Below the pieces are notes generated by a model that saw only the letters and a list, made by a program, of their open reading frames with translations, ran no database searches and had not been told where the DNA came from. From positions 21,260,950 through 21,324,949 of the forward strand of contig NC_134029.1 of NCBI RefSeq assembly GCF_964204645.1: a stretch of 64,000 nt of DNA. Reading direction: 5' to 3'. The translations under genes were made by a program, and so were the position numbers. Of this stretch, positions 10,701-25,700 are shown piece by piece. Position 1 is the stretch's first letter. Each line of letters starts with the position of its first letter. This stretch comes from Tubulanus polymorphus (Eukaryota; Animalia; Nemertea).

Positions 10701-13700
10701 GTTTCAATGATATGCCGTATTCGATTTGAAGTTTACTTTCCGTCAAATTGAAATATTTCGTTTATCGCCCGTGTAAATACGACGACGCGCATCGAATTCA
10801 TCGGATTCGATTCAAATCATGTTTACCGACTGTCAAATATAAAAATCATTAATTTACCCAACATTTCTGAAAACGTATGTTTCGTTGATTTTAGTTCTTT
10901 TTTTTGCTAGAAAAAAAGAACACTACAGATCATTATAGGCCTAGATATGACATGCGAAATATTTGATATGAAATTCTTTCGCTCTTGGACTTAGAGCCTT
11001 TTGCTGCGACGTATGTCACCTCTATCGTCGGATCACATTCCGCGGGTATTCGACTACCTTTTGATTTGATAACGAAAATATTTTCATTTTTGATGGCATT
11101 TTTTTCCTAAACGGAATCGAGTATTTTATAAGAATATACCAACATTGGGAAAAGGTGTCTTGTCGAATCTTGTATAGATTGAATACAATTTCACATTCTA
11201 GACATTCTGCACTTTTGAATATGTTTCGCCCTAGTTCTAGCTGTGTTGTGTCTAGGGGTACCTGAAAATACTGTTCAAATACATGTTTCCAGCTAGAATC
11301 CTGTCTGTATTGGTACCTGGGATAATTTTTATGCGCTTCCGGGACATTGATGAGTCATATCGTATTGAATTTATGTTAGATCGAGATTATTATTGATGTC
11401 TTACAATAATCAATAGTGATTGGTCTGTGAACTTTCAGTATTCAGTAAGTGCTTATACCGGTACTGCTGGACGAGTGTCTCCCAGTAAGACACTATTCAC
11501 GTTTTTTTTTTTGTGGTTGCCAGAAATTCCGATGTGTTGATATCAGATGACTTTTTAATCGGAAGGTGCCTTAGTTACGCTCAGTAAATATACCCTTCTC
11601 AGACGGTGTATTGTGTAATCATGCCTCATAAGGTTTTCATTAGGACTGTTGAACTATTAGGAGAAAATAGCATGTACGCTGAAAGTGTCTATGAAAGGTA
11701 ATTAATATTTCTGTTTTTGTGAATGGTATTAAAAGTATATATATATAGTATTTGATAAGGTTTTCATGAGGTCTGTTGAATTATTAGCAGAAAAGAGCAT
11801 GTTTCCTGAAAGTGTCTATCAAAGGTAATTGATATTTCCGTTATAATTGTAAATATTATTAGTATTTGACATCTACCCGGTACCTATGTAGGATCTGGTT
11901 GCAGGGTTCATAGCAAGTCTCCATGCTTTACACAAAAATTTCAAAAAGTGCTAACGAAGCGCCTACACTTTTGACAGTTGGTATCCCAAAAGTTTTTCTC
12001 AAATTATCTTTTGTCTCAAATGACAAGAAAGGAGTCTTACAAAATTGCTTAAAAGTGCTTACTAGCCTCGGCCTTACTATGCTATATGATCCATGTGGTT
12101 GTGCTCTCGGGCTCAAGCTACTGGCCTTTTGCCTAGACCACAGGCAGTCTTTCGGGTTTCAGGACTTTTTAAGAGTTGGATCTTGAGTCTTTGATATTGG
12201 GTCCTTAGTATTCAATAAAAAATATCCTCTTCATTATGAGGGACAAAATTGCAAGGTCCCACCTAGATGATGGGTTATCTCAGTTAGTTTACCCTGCGAG
12301 GCCCCGCAGTAAATAAGGGGGCACTGAATATTTCTATTTCGATTTTATTTGATAAAACAAATATTTTATCTCTGCTATTTCTAATACTTACCCTTTAAGA
12401 TTGTTTTTTCTGTCTAATGACCGTGTCAAATACCGGCAATTTATGTCAGGTACCTCGATATACATATTTGCTTTGTATTGTTGGATTCGAACGAGAAAAT
12501 CATGTGAATTTCCAACAAAAAAAAGATTTCATATCAATAATGTCATTGCGGAATTCGAAATTATGCTATAATTGATAACGAATATAGCGCAGCAAGGATA
12601 AAACTATAAGATAATGTTTTTATAAACGGTGTGAACCTGCTATAAATCAGACTCATAATTCTCAACTGAATGGGAACATATGAGTGCAGAAAATGTTGTA
12701 AATTTTATATGAGATGAGATTTTATTTACGAGATGAGAACATTCCGAGCAGCAGGTAGTTTAACAGGTAGTTTAACGCCGATCACTTTGTTTGAACAATG
12801 GTCAGGTTTCACTAACTGATAAGACACTTTGTCTTTCATCTGACCAGAGCCACTTCGCCTCTAATCTGAAATCTAACGGTTTTGTAAGAAGTGCAAAACC
12901 CACTCTATACAAAAATTCTAAAAGATTAAAAATAAAAGTTACTACTCAAGAATCGAAAATAAAAAAGACACAACATTTCGATGGTCTCTAGGAGAGTGTC
13001 TGAAACATTGTGTTCTTTTTTTTGTTTCTAATGCTTGAGTTGTAAATTTCTTTTCTAATCTTTTAAAAATGTTTGTATATAGCAGGTATTAAACATCAGA
13101 GCGTACAGGCTATTCTCTACGCGGTAGTGTACGTGGCTATTCTAACTATTATCGGTTTTGTCTTTACAGAGCGAGCAATGAAAGCAGTAAAGCCGCAGAG
13201 CCAGTGCCACCTAGTGGTGGAGGAGGAGGAGGGATACGAAAGATAGAACTACCAAAAACTGGTCCAGATATCGGAAAACCTCCTGTGAAACACTCTGACA
13301 TTCCGAGGTGAGTTAATAAAAGTCCAACAGGTGAAAATTGATTAATATTCATAGTTAATTTTACCCGTCGATGATCGGCATGAGTTGCTCAGTTAACCCG
13401 AGTTTCTATAGCAACTAGCAGCCACATACGCTTATATACGTTCGTCTCAGACAGGGCGGCCACTTACCTGGGAAATCTGGATTTAAACTCAAGCAATCAG
13501 AAAAATCTAGAAAACATCAGGGTAGACTCTTGAGCCCGGTTTCATAGACTGGTATTACCTTTAACCCAATAAAACTCAAACTTTAAACTCAATTCAAAAT
13601 GAATTAAGTTAGGCTCCGGGTTAAAGGTAATACCAGTCTATGAATCCTGCCTTTGGGAATTTGACAAATTTGACATAAAAACCCGGAAACTTGGGGATTT

Positions 13701-16700
13701 CGTATAGGCCTATGCTATTGACCATGCGTTTCTTAATCAATTTGTGATTCATGAAAAGTTAATATATTGTAACATTTTCAACCAAGAAATGTTTCCATTC
13801 ACCTGCCGCAGATTGACTCAGGGAATTTTGTGTTAAGACATAGAAACGTCAGGAAAATGAGGGGAAAATGGCCACTGTGTCAGAAGCAGATGAATCTTTT
13901 CTTGTCGATGTTTTCAATTTCTAGGAAATTTTCTTCGGCATAACTTCACCGAAAAGTCGTACGTAATTTAGCATTCCACGTCTGGTGGGGGTAATTGGGT
14001 AATCGTGTAATCGGGTAGGATTCCCAGACAGAAATTTATCTGAATAGTTCATTAAAGATCTTTTGATGAGCGAGAAATTCCGATCATAAAACCACCAGCA
14101 CCAGCGCAATTTTCTCCTGACATTCGTAAATAAATAACAATTACCCGGTTAGATAGATTGTGCAGACGATATTGTTAAAGATCTTTTCATAATTTGTTTT
14201 GGAATCTACGGAATTCATTCATTCGCTCACTCGCCGGTTTGTGTCGATTCGCTGTCGATTCGCTGTCGAAAGTTTGTAAAAATTCCGATCCCATAGATTC
14301 AGTCTACTGTATCATTTAAACAAATATCTCCAGCGACCGAAAATTCCATTTTACACAAAAGTTGTTTATTATTTTACGTGGATTTATTTCTGAGAATGAG
14401 TTCAGTCGTCTCTAGACCATGTGTTAGCCCCCATATAAAGTGAATAGCGATCTAATTTTGTGATCAGTTCTGTTCATGATGAAGGACCGTCTACATTCAG
14501 TTAGTTGAACTTATCGCTTAATTCATTAATCCTTCATTCATGATTTGTTCCAATATATTTGGGCTGGTTGGCTTGAGTAACGCTGTTAATTACGATTACT
14601 GGAATACCCTTGATTTAAGGTAGGACGATGCTCGAATATTCTGTTAGTTTTTAGAATCCATTTTCTTAAGGAACTGGTGCCCAATAGAGGCACAGTTGTT
14701 CGAGGCCATGTGCGTGATATATGTAATGAATGACGATCCAGCGTTCAGTTCAGTTCATGAAGCAGGATTTCAACTATCGGTTAAATGAACTTGTTGGTTA
14801 AAATTCACTTATGCCTCATTCATAATTTGTTCTGATTTACTTCGGGCTGGTTAGCTTGAGTAAGTCTGTTTGTAAAGGTTACTGAAATTAAGGTAGGAGG
14901 CCGTTGGAATATTCTGAAGATCTGCCGACCTACGCGCCCTTGCGACTGCCAGTGATGCCAGTTCCATTGAGTCGCATGTTCTACTTTCTGCAACGTGATG
15001 CGACCGCCTCTCCCAGTAGCAACCACTGGGCTGCCCTTGCGACTGACCTACACGTTTGCAACCAGTTGCAATCAGTTGCGTCACATCGAAAGTTTACCCA
15101 CGCCCTCCTTCAAACTATTCCAGGGTGACCACTGACCAGAAAAACCTGGAAACTAGGAATTTGAGGAATTTCACAAAAATCCTGGAAAACTCAGGGAATT
15201 TGGATATTGGCCACACGTCTCTTTGTCAATGCACGATTCATAAAAAATGAATAAATTGTAACATTTCAAAGCAGGAAATTTCCAAGATTCATTCTTGGAA
15301 TTTTCTTATATAATATGGAAAACTTTATTGGTAGTGTGGTCAGTCACCCTGTATTCTCACAGGCAGATTGTTCTTTTCGAATATCCATGAATTAGTTCCC
15401 ATTTTCGAAAGTACCTTCGAAATATTTGAAACGAAAATTCAGGATAGGTTTTGACCTCGGTTCACACTAATAAATATCACACACTTTGAAGTTGAATTTT
15501 AATGCATTCCTCGTCATGTTATAAATCGTGAATTATTTCATATCTTACAGTCACACTTTCAGTCGATTGTCGTGTCAATAAATAATAATTACTGCCGCGT
15601 GAATTTAGTTGAAAGCCCCGAACAGCTAGCCGTGACCGAAGTAAAAGTATAGGGAAGGTCAGCCCCCTATACTGACATTCTTCAAGACTTAGGTTGTTCA
15701 TTTATGTGAAAATGCTCGCGGCTTTTCGTTGGTAGATAATTAAGTATGGACTTCGACGAGTAAGTAAGATTATGATTTCACGTATGATAGGGTGAAGACA
15801 CCGACTAAATCATCTCAAGTATTTTTGAACAATTCGGAGCTGAAAATTGACCACAGCGGTTACACATAGCTAGATGTATACAGTTCGCTGTATATATGCT
15901 TCGTCGTCGTTCTACACATGGCTGTGAAACGTAATACGTTTTAGGGATTGATTTTAATAATCGTGTCACAGCTGAATGTGACATCGCCGCCGCCGCCGCC
16001 GCCGTGGTTCGTGTCTTCGTTTATGAATTTGTATATGATTCGAGTGTTTGTTTTGTCGTCGTCCGGCTGTAAAACTGTACAATGTAGATCGAATTAGTTG
16101 AATTAGCATCTGGATCAAGTTCGTGTCGTATTCGGCAGTGGTATCGTGTGCAGGTGCTTGGATTTATATCTTCACTCTGTAGCGGCTGTTGAAGATTTCG
16201 AGTGATACAGCGGTTATCTTACGTGTTTATCTATGCAGGAGTCCGGTTTCCCCTTATCCCCCCCTGGTTCATATCAGAGTTGAATTTTTTTAAATATCTA
16301 CCACGCATGATTGAATAATGTGAGGGGGTGATTTACAGCTAGGGGCAGACAACTGAATTGTTTTTATTTCACTTGATGGCAATGATCAGAGAGCATCGAC
16401 CGAACATTTCACTTGTTTGCCTGTTATGGCATCGATGACAATTTTTTCTGGTTGATTCAATTGCCCTGCCAGCAAATCGCCCGATATTTTTATTTGTCTG
16501 TCAGTGCTGACATATTGTGTTTAGAGATCGTGTGCTATTGGAGGCGTTATTGGTATATCGTGTAATTTATTAAAATGGCTGCCATAAGCTGGTGGCGTAC
16601 GGTGTCGGAAAATGAATTTGATCGCTACCTGTTGACGTTCGTATTTGGGCAAAAAATGCGCTTGTGCGCCCTTAGCTTTAGAGGGTGGCCACTCACCCGC

Positions 16701-19700
16701 ATGGAATCAGAAGAAAATCTAGACAAAATTTGGGGAAATACTCGTGGAATTGAATGAATTTTAACATTTTAAACCAAGAAATTCCTTGGATTTATTTGTG
16801 GAATTTTTTGTTATAACAAGGAAAAATCTGGGAAAATTCGGGGAATTTGTAAATTGGACAAAAGTGACGACCCTGAATTCGCTGTTTAGCATCGCTATCA
16901 GTTGTAAAAAGATTCTTGCCCGCCCTTAGCTTTAGTGTTAATGACCTGATGCATAGGTTGATATTTTCTTATGAATTTCACTTGTTTTTCTATTGCAGGT
17001 CGTCGAGGGACCGAATTTCGTGGACCGACCCGATGAAAACTCCTCAGCATCAGCAGCCGTCCGATACAAACAACTCTCATGGATCACAGCAACAGCTCAA
17101 CAATGATTTCCATCATCACTACCATCAGCCGAGACCGCAGCAGCAGCAGCAGCACCAGCAGCACCGTCGCAGTGATATATACCGTCCAACTTCCGATAAT
17201 TTCCTCGCCAAACGTTTGTCCGCTACTCAACGACACAGCGATTTTTACCGTCCGAGTTTAGACAACTTGGTCGAAACAGTGCACCAGCGCGCCTCGGCTC
17301 GACTGAACGAAACCCGAGGTGGGGGCACCACCGCCAGCGCGAGTACCGATTCGTTAGACAACGTTAACAAAACTACTGCTGAAGACTGTCACATTCCATC
17401 CACGAAATCCGTGCCCGATATTAGTTCATCGTTTCAAAAAAGTAAACATTCGTCCGCAAGCCGAACCGAGGACGGTTCTACGGATAAGGTAGAAACGCGT
17501 TCCCCGATGGAGAGAGGTACTTACCGCGCTTTGAACGTTCATTCCGGATTCGATTTCGCGCCGACGGCTGGCAACGGTAAATTATGGGACCGCGACGATC
17601 CCGTCGAGAAGGAGCGTAAATCGCGACAACGTCAGACGCGAGTTTCGCTCGGTCAGATGGGTTATCGTAAAGTCGAGTTCAATCCGCCCGATTCGAACCG
17701 GCGCGTGAGCAGTTACGAATCGCGCTCGCCCCGCGGCGGCGCCGAACATTTATCGCGATCTAGTCCGAATTTACAACAACGCGAAGACGATACCTGTGAT
17801 AATCCTCCGCCGATACCGCCGCGCGATACCCGTGATACGGTCAACACGCCCGCGACTGTTAGCACCGGTTACGAAAAAGACGATCCGCGCCACGCGCGAT
17901 TCCCTTCGTGGTCGGAGAACCAGCATTTATCGTCATCGGTCGCGGGTTCCGCGTACGCGAAATCGAAACGACGTTCGTTTCAGCCGAACGCGTACGAATT
18001 ACCGCACGAAAGATTATGTAAAAGCGAAGAATACGAACCACGGCGTTCGGTGGAAACGGTGATGAAGAGTTCGCCGCAGCCTCAGTACAAGAGCTCGGTT
18101 CAACGCGCCGTCGTTTCTAAGGTAGAATCTTCGTCCAACGCGCAGCAGCCGCCTAAACTCGGTAAAATGTCCGACGCTTTCGCGACCGCCGCGCTGCGTA
18201 AAGAAGAGACGAAATTGATGGAGACTTTCGAGAAACCGCCGAGCGACTTGTATCCTCGGTTCGACGCTTCGAGCTATCGATATCAACCGAATGAAGCGGA
18301 GGCGAAAATTTCCGATATCAATCGTCTGATTCGAGAGCCGAGTCCGCAGATAAATCCGCCGTCTTTAGAAAGCATGACCGATACCGAGAAGATCGAGGCA
18401 CTGATCGATGAATACGAAGCGCTCAACGAGCGTCCGACGAGTTTAGAGGTCGCGTCGTCGCCCGTTCATAGTCGGCAGTCGTCCCGATCGTCGGGCACCG
18501 CGTCGCCGCTGAAACTAGCGACTAGTTACAGCGTCGTGCGGAGTCCGCTCGAAAAACCGGCGTCGTTCAATTTACCGTGGCCCCCTCCGCCGCCGCTCGA
18601 GCAGCAAGAAGGCGTTCACGGTAATCTGAAAATATTCCGCACGACGCCGAAGGTTTGTTACAACACGAGCACACAGACCGAGAATACATTGGATTCGCCC
18701 GATGGTAAAGATATGGTATTTTACGATTCCGATGTCGGCGTTCACGACGTTCAAACGCAAGTCAATCACGAATTATCGGACGTCGAAGATAACGTCTCCC
18801 GTACGATCGCGGTCGGTACGGACGACGACTCCGTTCTGAATTCGCCGTTCACCGAATCGCCGAGCCGCTCGCGGAGTTCTTACTCGCAATATTCGGAATT
18901 CGGTCAACACAACGCGATCCACGACGTTCGAAATACCGAATTGTTGAACGTCGACTTTCCGCGCGTGAGAGCTTCGCTCGCCGGTCCGGTATCGCACGTC
19001 GGCCAAACCGAGCCGTCGAACGAGTTGCGTAAGTCGGACGGCTATCAACAGTACAGCATGTCGGTCAATCGATTAAACGATACGAACAAGATTCAAGAAA
19101 ACATCCGCGAAAAAAACATCAGCCAATCGAGCAACAGCATTTCGCAACGTAAACAAGATAATACGTTCAACGCCGGGGACGGGACGGCTCTCAGGCAGAT
19201 CCATGACTATAGTATGAGTACGGCGCCGATGTTGCGCAAACTTTCCGAGGAATTCTTCATCCAGCAACAAAACGCCGCGATTCGACAACGACAAAATGAG
19301 AATCTACGCAAATCATGTCAGCAGAACGTCGTTGCCGAAGAACCGGACGGTAATCTGATCGGCTGCGTTAAGAGGAATTCGACGGAGGATATCGAAAATT
19401 TACGAAATAATAACACGGCCGCTGTTGAGGTCGCGGCGGAGCCTACGCACTTACAGCATCATCGACAACACCAACAAAAACTCTCCGAGCAATTACGATT
19501 CGAAGAAATCGAACTTCCGTGGGAAAAATCGAAGAAGCTGAAAAAGGAGAAGAAATACGGAAAAGACGGTGAGAAAAAGAAGAAGACGAATCCGTTCGAC
19601 TTATTTAAGTCGTTCAACAAAAAACTGCGCGCGAATTCGGACTCGGATAAAAAACGGAATTCGTCTCAGTCGAGCGATTCGGATTTTACGTACGGAGCGA

Positions 19701-22700
19701 TGAGAAGAACGGACAGCGAGAAGGCGCTTTATCGTAAACACGATGAGGCGCCACCTCCCGGGAAATTGAAGCGAGCGTCGTCGGAAACGTTTCGACCGAT
19801 GAAAGAACGATTGAAATCCGCGAATCGCGACGAAGAAGAGATTCCCGTGTTCAATAGGGAGTCGATTTCGAGTCCGGTTTCGACGAAAACGACGACGCCG
19901 CCGACGAGAGAGACGGAGATGACGCGGGATGAAAGTTTCCGCGCCGAAAAACGTCATTATTCCGACCCGACGAAGGAGAATAAACGCGCGACGTCTTCGC
20001 GCAACGAACCCGACCGACGCCAGTGGTCGGATCCGGCGACGTCCGGTTACGAATCGAACGAAACGCTCGACAGCATCCAGCCGAGTATGAGCAGCTCGCG
20101 TAGCATCAGTCGACAGAGTTTAGAACCGTCGATCGTCGTCGGACTGTCGAAATATCACCGTCGCTCGCACATGGATTCGAGCAGCAGCATGCGATCGGAG
20201 GACAGCGTCGGTTCGAGCGAACGGTCGGCGTCGCGCGAGCATTTACACGCGATGAAAAACGCCACCGGCGCCGAAATCGCAACGACGTCGAAATCGCGTA
20301 AATCGTGGGACGGAATCCTCGACTCGGAACACGCGCGGATAGCGCTCGACCCGGCGATATCGGAGGAGAGCGGCGAGTACGTCGGGCCCGAGCGCCCGCG
20401 GTCATTGAGCACCGGTCAGAAACCGCTTAAAAACCAGTATATGCCGCGATTGAAATCGCCCAGCGGTCAAAGACTTATCTCGCCGAAGAGCGAACTCGAA
20501 GCCCTGTCTCCGTCTCCGAAAGAATTCCATCCGCGTCAGTCGCCGATTAATGTGCAATATATACTGAAAGATACTTTATCTCCGATGGACGTGCATACTG
20601 TCGTCAAACCGAGGCCGGAACCCCCGCCGGTGACGATGACACCGACATCAGCCCCGAAGCCCGCTGAATCGGTCGTCAATAATGAGAATCTCATTCAACC
20701 AGTACAAAAACAACCGATTCAAACTTGGGAAACGCGGGTAAGTTCTACGGTAAGACTTTACCCGGGCATGACCACTTTTTATTAACTCAGACAAAAATTA
20801 AATCAGTTTTGTGACTTTATAACGTATTTTTCTATCCTCAACTCGGAACAGTTTTGCTAGTCTATGTTCAACCAAGCTGCATGACTATTTGGTCAGTGTT
20901 CCCTGCTGAGGGATGATGAGCTGTTCGGTCTACGTTGACTTTTGATATTCTATTGTAAAAACTTTTGTTGTTAAATTGTAACTTAACAGGGCTTGATTAT
21001 CCAGGGTTGAGCATAAGCTGGGTTATATCTGCCCTGCTTTTGTGTCAGTCCCGGATTTCAGTCAGATTTCAGCCACGGTTTAATCTATCATCAAACATAC
21101 TTTATACTATGTAACATAACTGTTGCTAGCCATTAATGCATTGGTATAATCAATTTCATCTGATAACAACTGGTGCTGTCTGTATTATACAGCCTAGCGT
21201 TTGTACTATTGTAATTAGAGATACATAATCGTTTAATTTCGTACCGCAAAAACCTTTTAGCACCAAATCTCGTGAAAATAATTGTTGAACAGATGACGCC
21301 TTGAAAGAGCTCGATGATTCTAGAATGAGTGCGGGCGTTTCTGCTCGTTCACACGCAAATCATAAATTCATGTACGTCTGAGTGCTTAATCTTGTTCTGG
21401 TTTGTTTTTTTCAGGACAATCTCAGTTTGAGCGACGAATCTAATAATGCCGACCAGATGATTAAAACTCCTCCTAGCAGTCCGTACGCCGACGTTACAAA
21501 GCTTTCTTCACAGAATTCTACAGCCGACAACAATAGCAGGTATTTATCTACACTTAAAGGTGATCATCGATCAATTTCAGATTTATTCTTCATTTACGGC
21601 GTAAATTAGTTTCATGATTTATTGATTGATTTATTAGTCATTCACTTTTTATCTGTTTGCGTTGATATGGCCATTTTCACGTGCGGTACTTGCAAGCCGA
21701 GATAGCTGATTGGTTTGCGCTAAAGCCGGCGAGGTCGCCACTGTCTGGTCTACTTCATCGTTTTAAAAGTTGATTAATTGCTGATTATTCTAGTTAAGAA
21801 ATGAAGAACTCGTTCTCGATTATTGACTGTAGTTCATTCACCTTTTTGCCTTTCTGTGATAGATAAACTGTTATTGGCGAAAACTTAGAATAGCATTTCT
21901 TAAGTTATCTGGTCACAATTCATGTTATCTCTCTTAGCCAGTGTTTGCTTGTGACCTGTTATTATTCCTTTAGAGAAAAAGAATTATCAGCTCAGAAGCA
22001 CTGGTTTCCCATAAAAGATTACGTAATAATGAGTATTTCCTTCGAGTACTGTACCCGTTCCTATGGTTTTTGCCAATATTTTCTAAATTTGGATTGATCG
22101 CCAATGCCGGTGTTTCTATACGACCCCGGCCCTGCGGTATTGTGGCTCAGAAGCACTGGTTTCCCATAAAAGATTACGTAATAATGAGTATTTCCTTCGA
22201 GTACTGTACCCGTTCCTATGGTTTTTGCCAATATTTTCTAAATTTGGATTGATCGCCAAAGCCGTTGTTTCTATACGACCCGGCCCTGCGGTATTGTGGC
22301 TCAGAAGCACTGGTTTCCTATAATAGATTACGTAATAATGAGTTTTTAGTTACGCAATATATGTAGCTTAGACCAGATCCGAATAGTTTGCTAATTGTGC
22401 GAAAAAATTTCCACAAACAAGTCCTAAACCAATGGTCTTGTTTCATGCGGTTTGTCGAGTTACTTTGTTGACATAATCTGCATAGTTGTGTTATTACAAT
22501 CACCAGACTGCGATGTGAATGTATAAATAGTAACTTATCTAATATACACGATGACCGAATGACTTTCAACGTCGCTGTAACATTTAGGATTGATACAAAT
22601 GTATCGCAGTCAAGTGTTCATAAACCTCAGGTAGGGACGAGAAAACAAACTTGAAGTTTATTGACGCCTTCAAAAATAACGCATATTGCTTGATATTGTC

Positions 22701-25700
22701 GATGATAAATAATATGATATAAATTATATCATGGTAATATTACGAATGAAGTTATTTTGGAATTGAATTGACCAGCAACCAGTCTAGCCCTGATATATTG
22801 ATGATCTAGTGCACTTCCTCTAAAAAAATAGATATTGAAATCATCAAGAATTTCGAAAAGGTTATGAAATGTATTTAATTACAAAACAAACACTAAAATT
22901 CACAATTGTTATCTTGAAATGTCAATATTGATGATGCACACGCCTACTAGGTACTACTGTGTGTAAACATTATTGTAACAGTTTTACGGCATCAAAAAAT
23001 CTTTTTTAAGAAATGGCCACGAAATATGCAATCTTTATTGAATTTAGAATTGGTGTTTTCCCATTTAAAAAAAATCATATTTTTTCAAATCGTAAATAGC
23101 ATATCTAGAATGTCATATGAATAAAGGGCATTCTTATCTAAGCTCTAGGTCCATGTGTTATCTAATCGGTTTTCGCGGAGAGAAAATGACATATTACGTG
23201 TTAAAATGAATCATATTTCATAAGGTGTTTTGTTAGTCAGTATGTTATTGTGTTGAGACTCTTCGAGGACTCTCAGATGTAACTGTCTGGAATGTCAATT
23301 CACCGGAAAAAAAATGGAATTTTTGTAGCGCGTTCAAATCTTCAACACACTGTCTCCTATTGTCTGTATTACGAAGATAGCTTGAATAGAGATCATGGAC
23401 ATTCGCTGTTCTGTTTGGACACTGATAATCTTTGGATAGATACGGCCTAGTTCAAGAAAGGGGAATTTTACTTCTCGATGTAAAAATATGAATCCTTCTT
23501 TTCGCTGTCTTGTGTTTATGCAATCAAACTAAATGGCAACTAGATACAATATATTAGGACGCGGTTTAAGTTTGTTCGTGAATTGGAACGAACAGGACAG
23601 CGTTTTCGATGCGAAAAATGAAGCAAACAGGTAAATAGATCCGTTTAACCAATTGTACTGCCATCTATTGGGTTTTTTATGTACTGTTTGAGTTAAGGGG
23701 ACGAATTGACCAGTGAGATTTCTTATCTACCGAAAATGACATTAACCGACACTTTCAGTTTAGTGAATTGAGATTTTGAAAGTCACTTAGCGTTATACGA
23801 GGGGCTATCATGTCTCCATTATCTGGCGACCTTTTAACGATATTTAATCAGTGAAATTATTCAAACTTAACCTTAATATTTCAACATTCATGTTGTGTGT
23901 AGTATGTGTAAAGGTTCTATTGAATGGTAGTCTAGCTTAAACATATCGTCGGTTTTGGAAAAATTTGCGCGAAATGGATTCGAACGTGACTCACTGTTTG
24001 CATTTCATTGTAACATATTAATTTATCAGTCAGCTGTTAATGGTCACAATAAACATTAGGGCAGATTCTATATGTTGATATGTGCTATGGAGAGATATGG
24101 TTATTAATGTATATAAGTGTTGCCGGTCGGAAGTTTCACTCTTAATATATACCGTGTTCTAAGGATTTTAGCCGTATAGGAATAATGAGACGATACAGTT
24201 GCTTTACGTACGCGAGTCCTTATTCGAGTCCAATTTCGAGTCCGCAGTCTAGTCCTTGTTCTAGTCCTCGTTTGAGGGCGAAATTATCTAGATCTCCGTC
24301 TAGACCGAGACGGTGAGATTCAATCGTACCTGTTCACGTATTTAGGTAATATTTATTCTAATCCTGTGATTTTAATTTTCGCTGTTTTCCAGTCGTATGC
24401 GGCACGAAGAAAGGAGTAAATCGGTCGACGATGCCTCGGCGCCAGTGCTGCCACCTAGGAAGTACTTGCAAGACGAAGAATGGGCCGAGACGTCGTCTTC
24501 GAACGCTTCGGAAAAATCCCCGGAGAAAGGTTCGTCGTCGTACGCCGCTCAGCTACGCCAACAAGCGAAACGATTCTCTCAACCGCAACAACCGGCGACA
24601 TCGTCGACGGCGACCGCTCGTACGGGTGTTTACCGCTACAAAATGTTAGGATCTATGCCGGAAACGTCGTCCGTACGAACATCAGCTCATTTGGTGCAAA
24701 GTAAAAGTGAGTCGAGCGTTCCGTCGCAGTTGAGCGTCGATTTTCATCACAATCGACCGCTGCAGACGTCGTCGCCGGTTACGACGACGGCAGACGTCGA
24801 CGAGTCGAACGACAGCCCGAAACTAGTGCGAACCCCGGAACGACGGTATTTAGAGACTTCATTTCCGGCGAGTCCGGAACTGCCCCTTCCACCTCCGCCT
24901 GTTGCTCGAGATGGTTATAATAGCTCGTATAACGAAGACGATATCCCATTACCGGAGCCGCCACCTCTTCCTGCTGACCCTCCTCCGAGCATTTCTACTC
25001 CGACCGATACAAATAGGTAAGTGCGAACGTTCCATTCAGTTTTCTCAATTCATAGATTTTCTGTTTTCCGGTAGTTAGAAATTATTGATCTAGGATTCGG
25101 TGCAGTTCATGTTTGAAATTTTGAACGTTTTGAAATGGAAATGGGTCAATTCTAGGCCTTGAGTATCATGGAAAAATGTTGAATGGCATCAGTCATGCTG
25201 ATTACAAGAATGCCTGGAAAATGTTGATTACAGGATTCCTGGCAATTGTATATAAGTCATGGATTCGGAGTCCTTGAAAATCATTAATTAATGAGATAAA
25301 CATTTAGGGCTAGGTCATGAGCACTATGAACCCTGTCAGTGTTTGATTTGCTTTGATTCCGTGAAATATTGAATATTACACATTTGAATTCTCTGTACAT
25401 CTGATCATCGATTATATTATAATCAAAGATGACCACATGCGGTAGATCAGATATGTACATGTCTGATTCTATTAGTTTCGGTAATTACTACAAAGCTAGG
25501 CATTCGTTCAGATATTTCTGGAATACTCACCTGAAGAAGCACTGCATCTGCTGCTAGTTGATTTATTATTGCAAGGGGTTCAGTTAGATAACAATCATCA
25601 AGTAGGTTAGGAGAACATTTGGGATATGAAGGTAATCTATCTAGTCTTTGGTAGAGTTTATAAATAAGTTGTAAAAAGGTAATCTCGGTGTTTTGATGAT

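Noticed and set aside
17859-20412. Many antisense ORFs (and similar ones at 30200-30883, 43635-44092, 58883-59150)
   Set aside because: They are shadows of GC/CpG-rich sense exons with no recognisable domains or splice structure.
16916-20785. 1289-aa ORF as a stand-alone intronless gene
   Set aside because: It is bounded by strong splice sites (16999, 20737) that are phase-compatible with the neighbouring Shroom exons; the ORF ends are intronic read-through.
21293-21371. Possible extra Shroom exon (DALKELDDSRMS...)
   Set aside because: It would need phase-1 entry but the upstream donor is phase 0; the phase-0 reading stops at once (ATG ACG CCT TGA).
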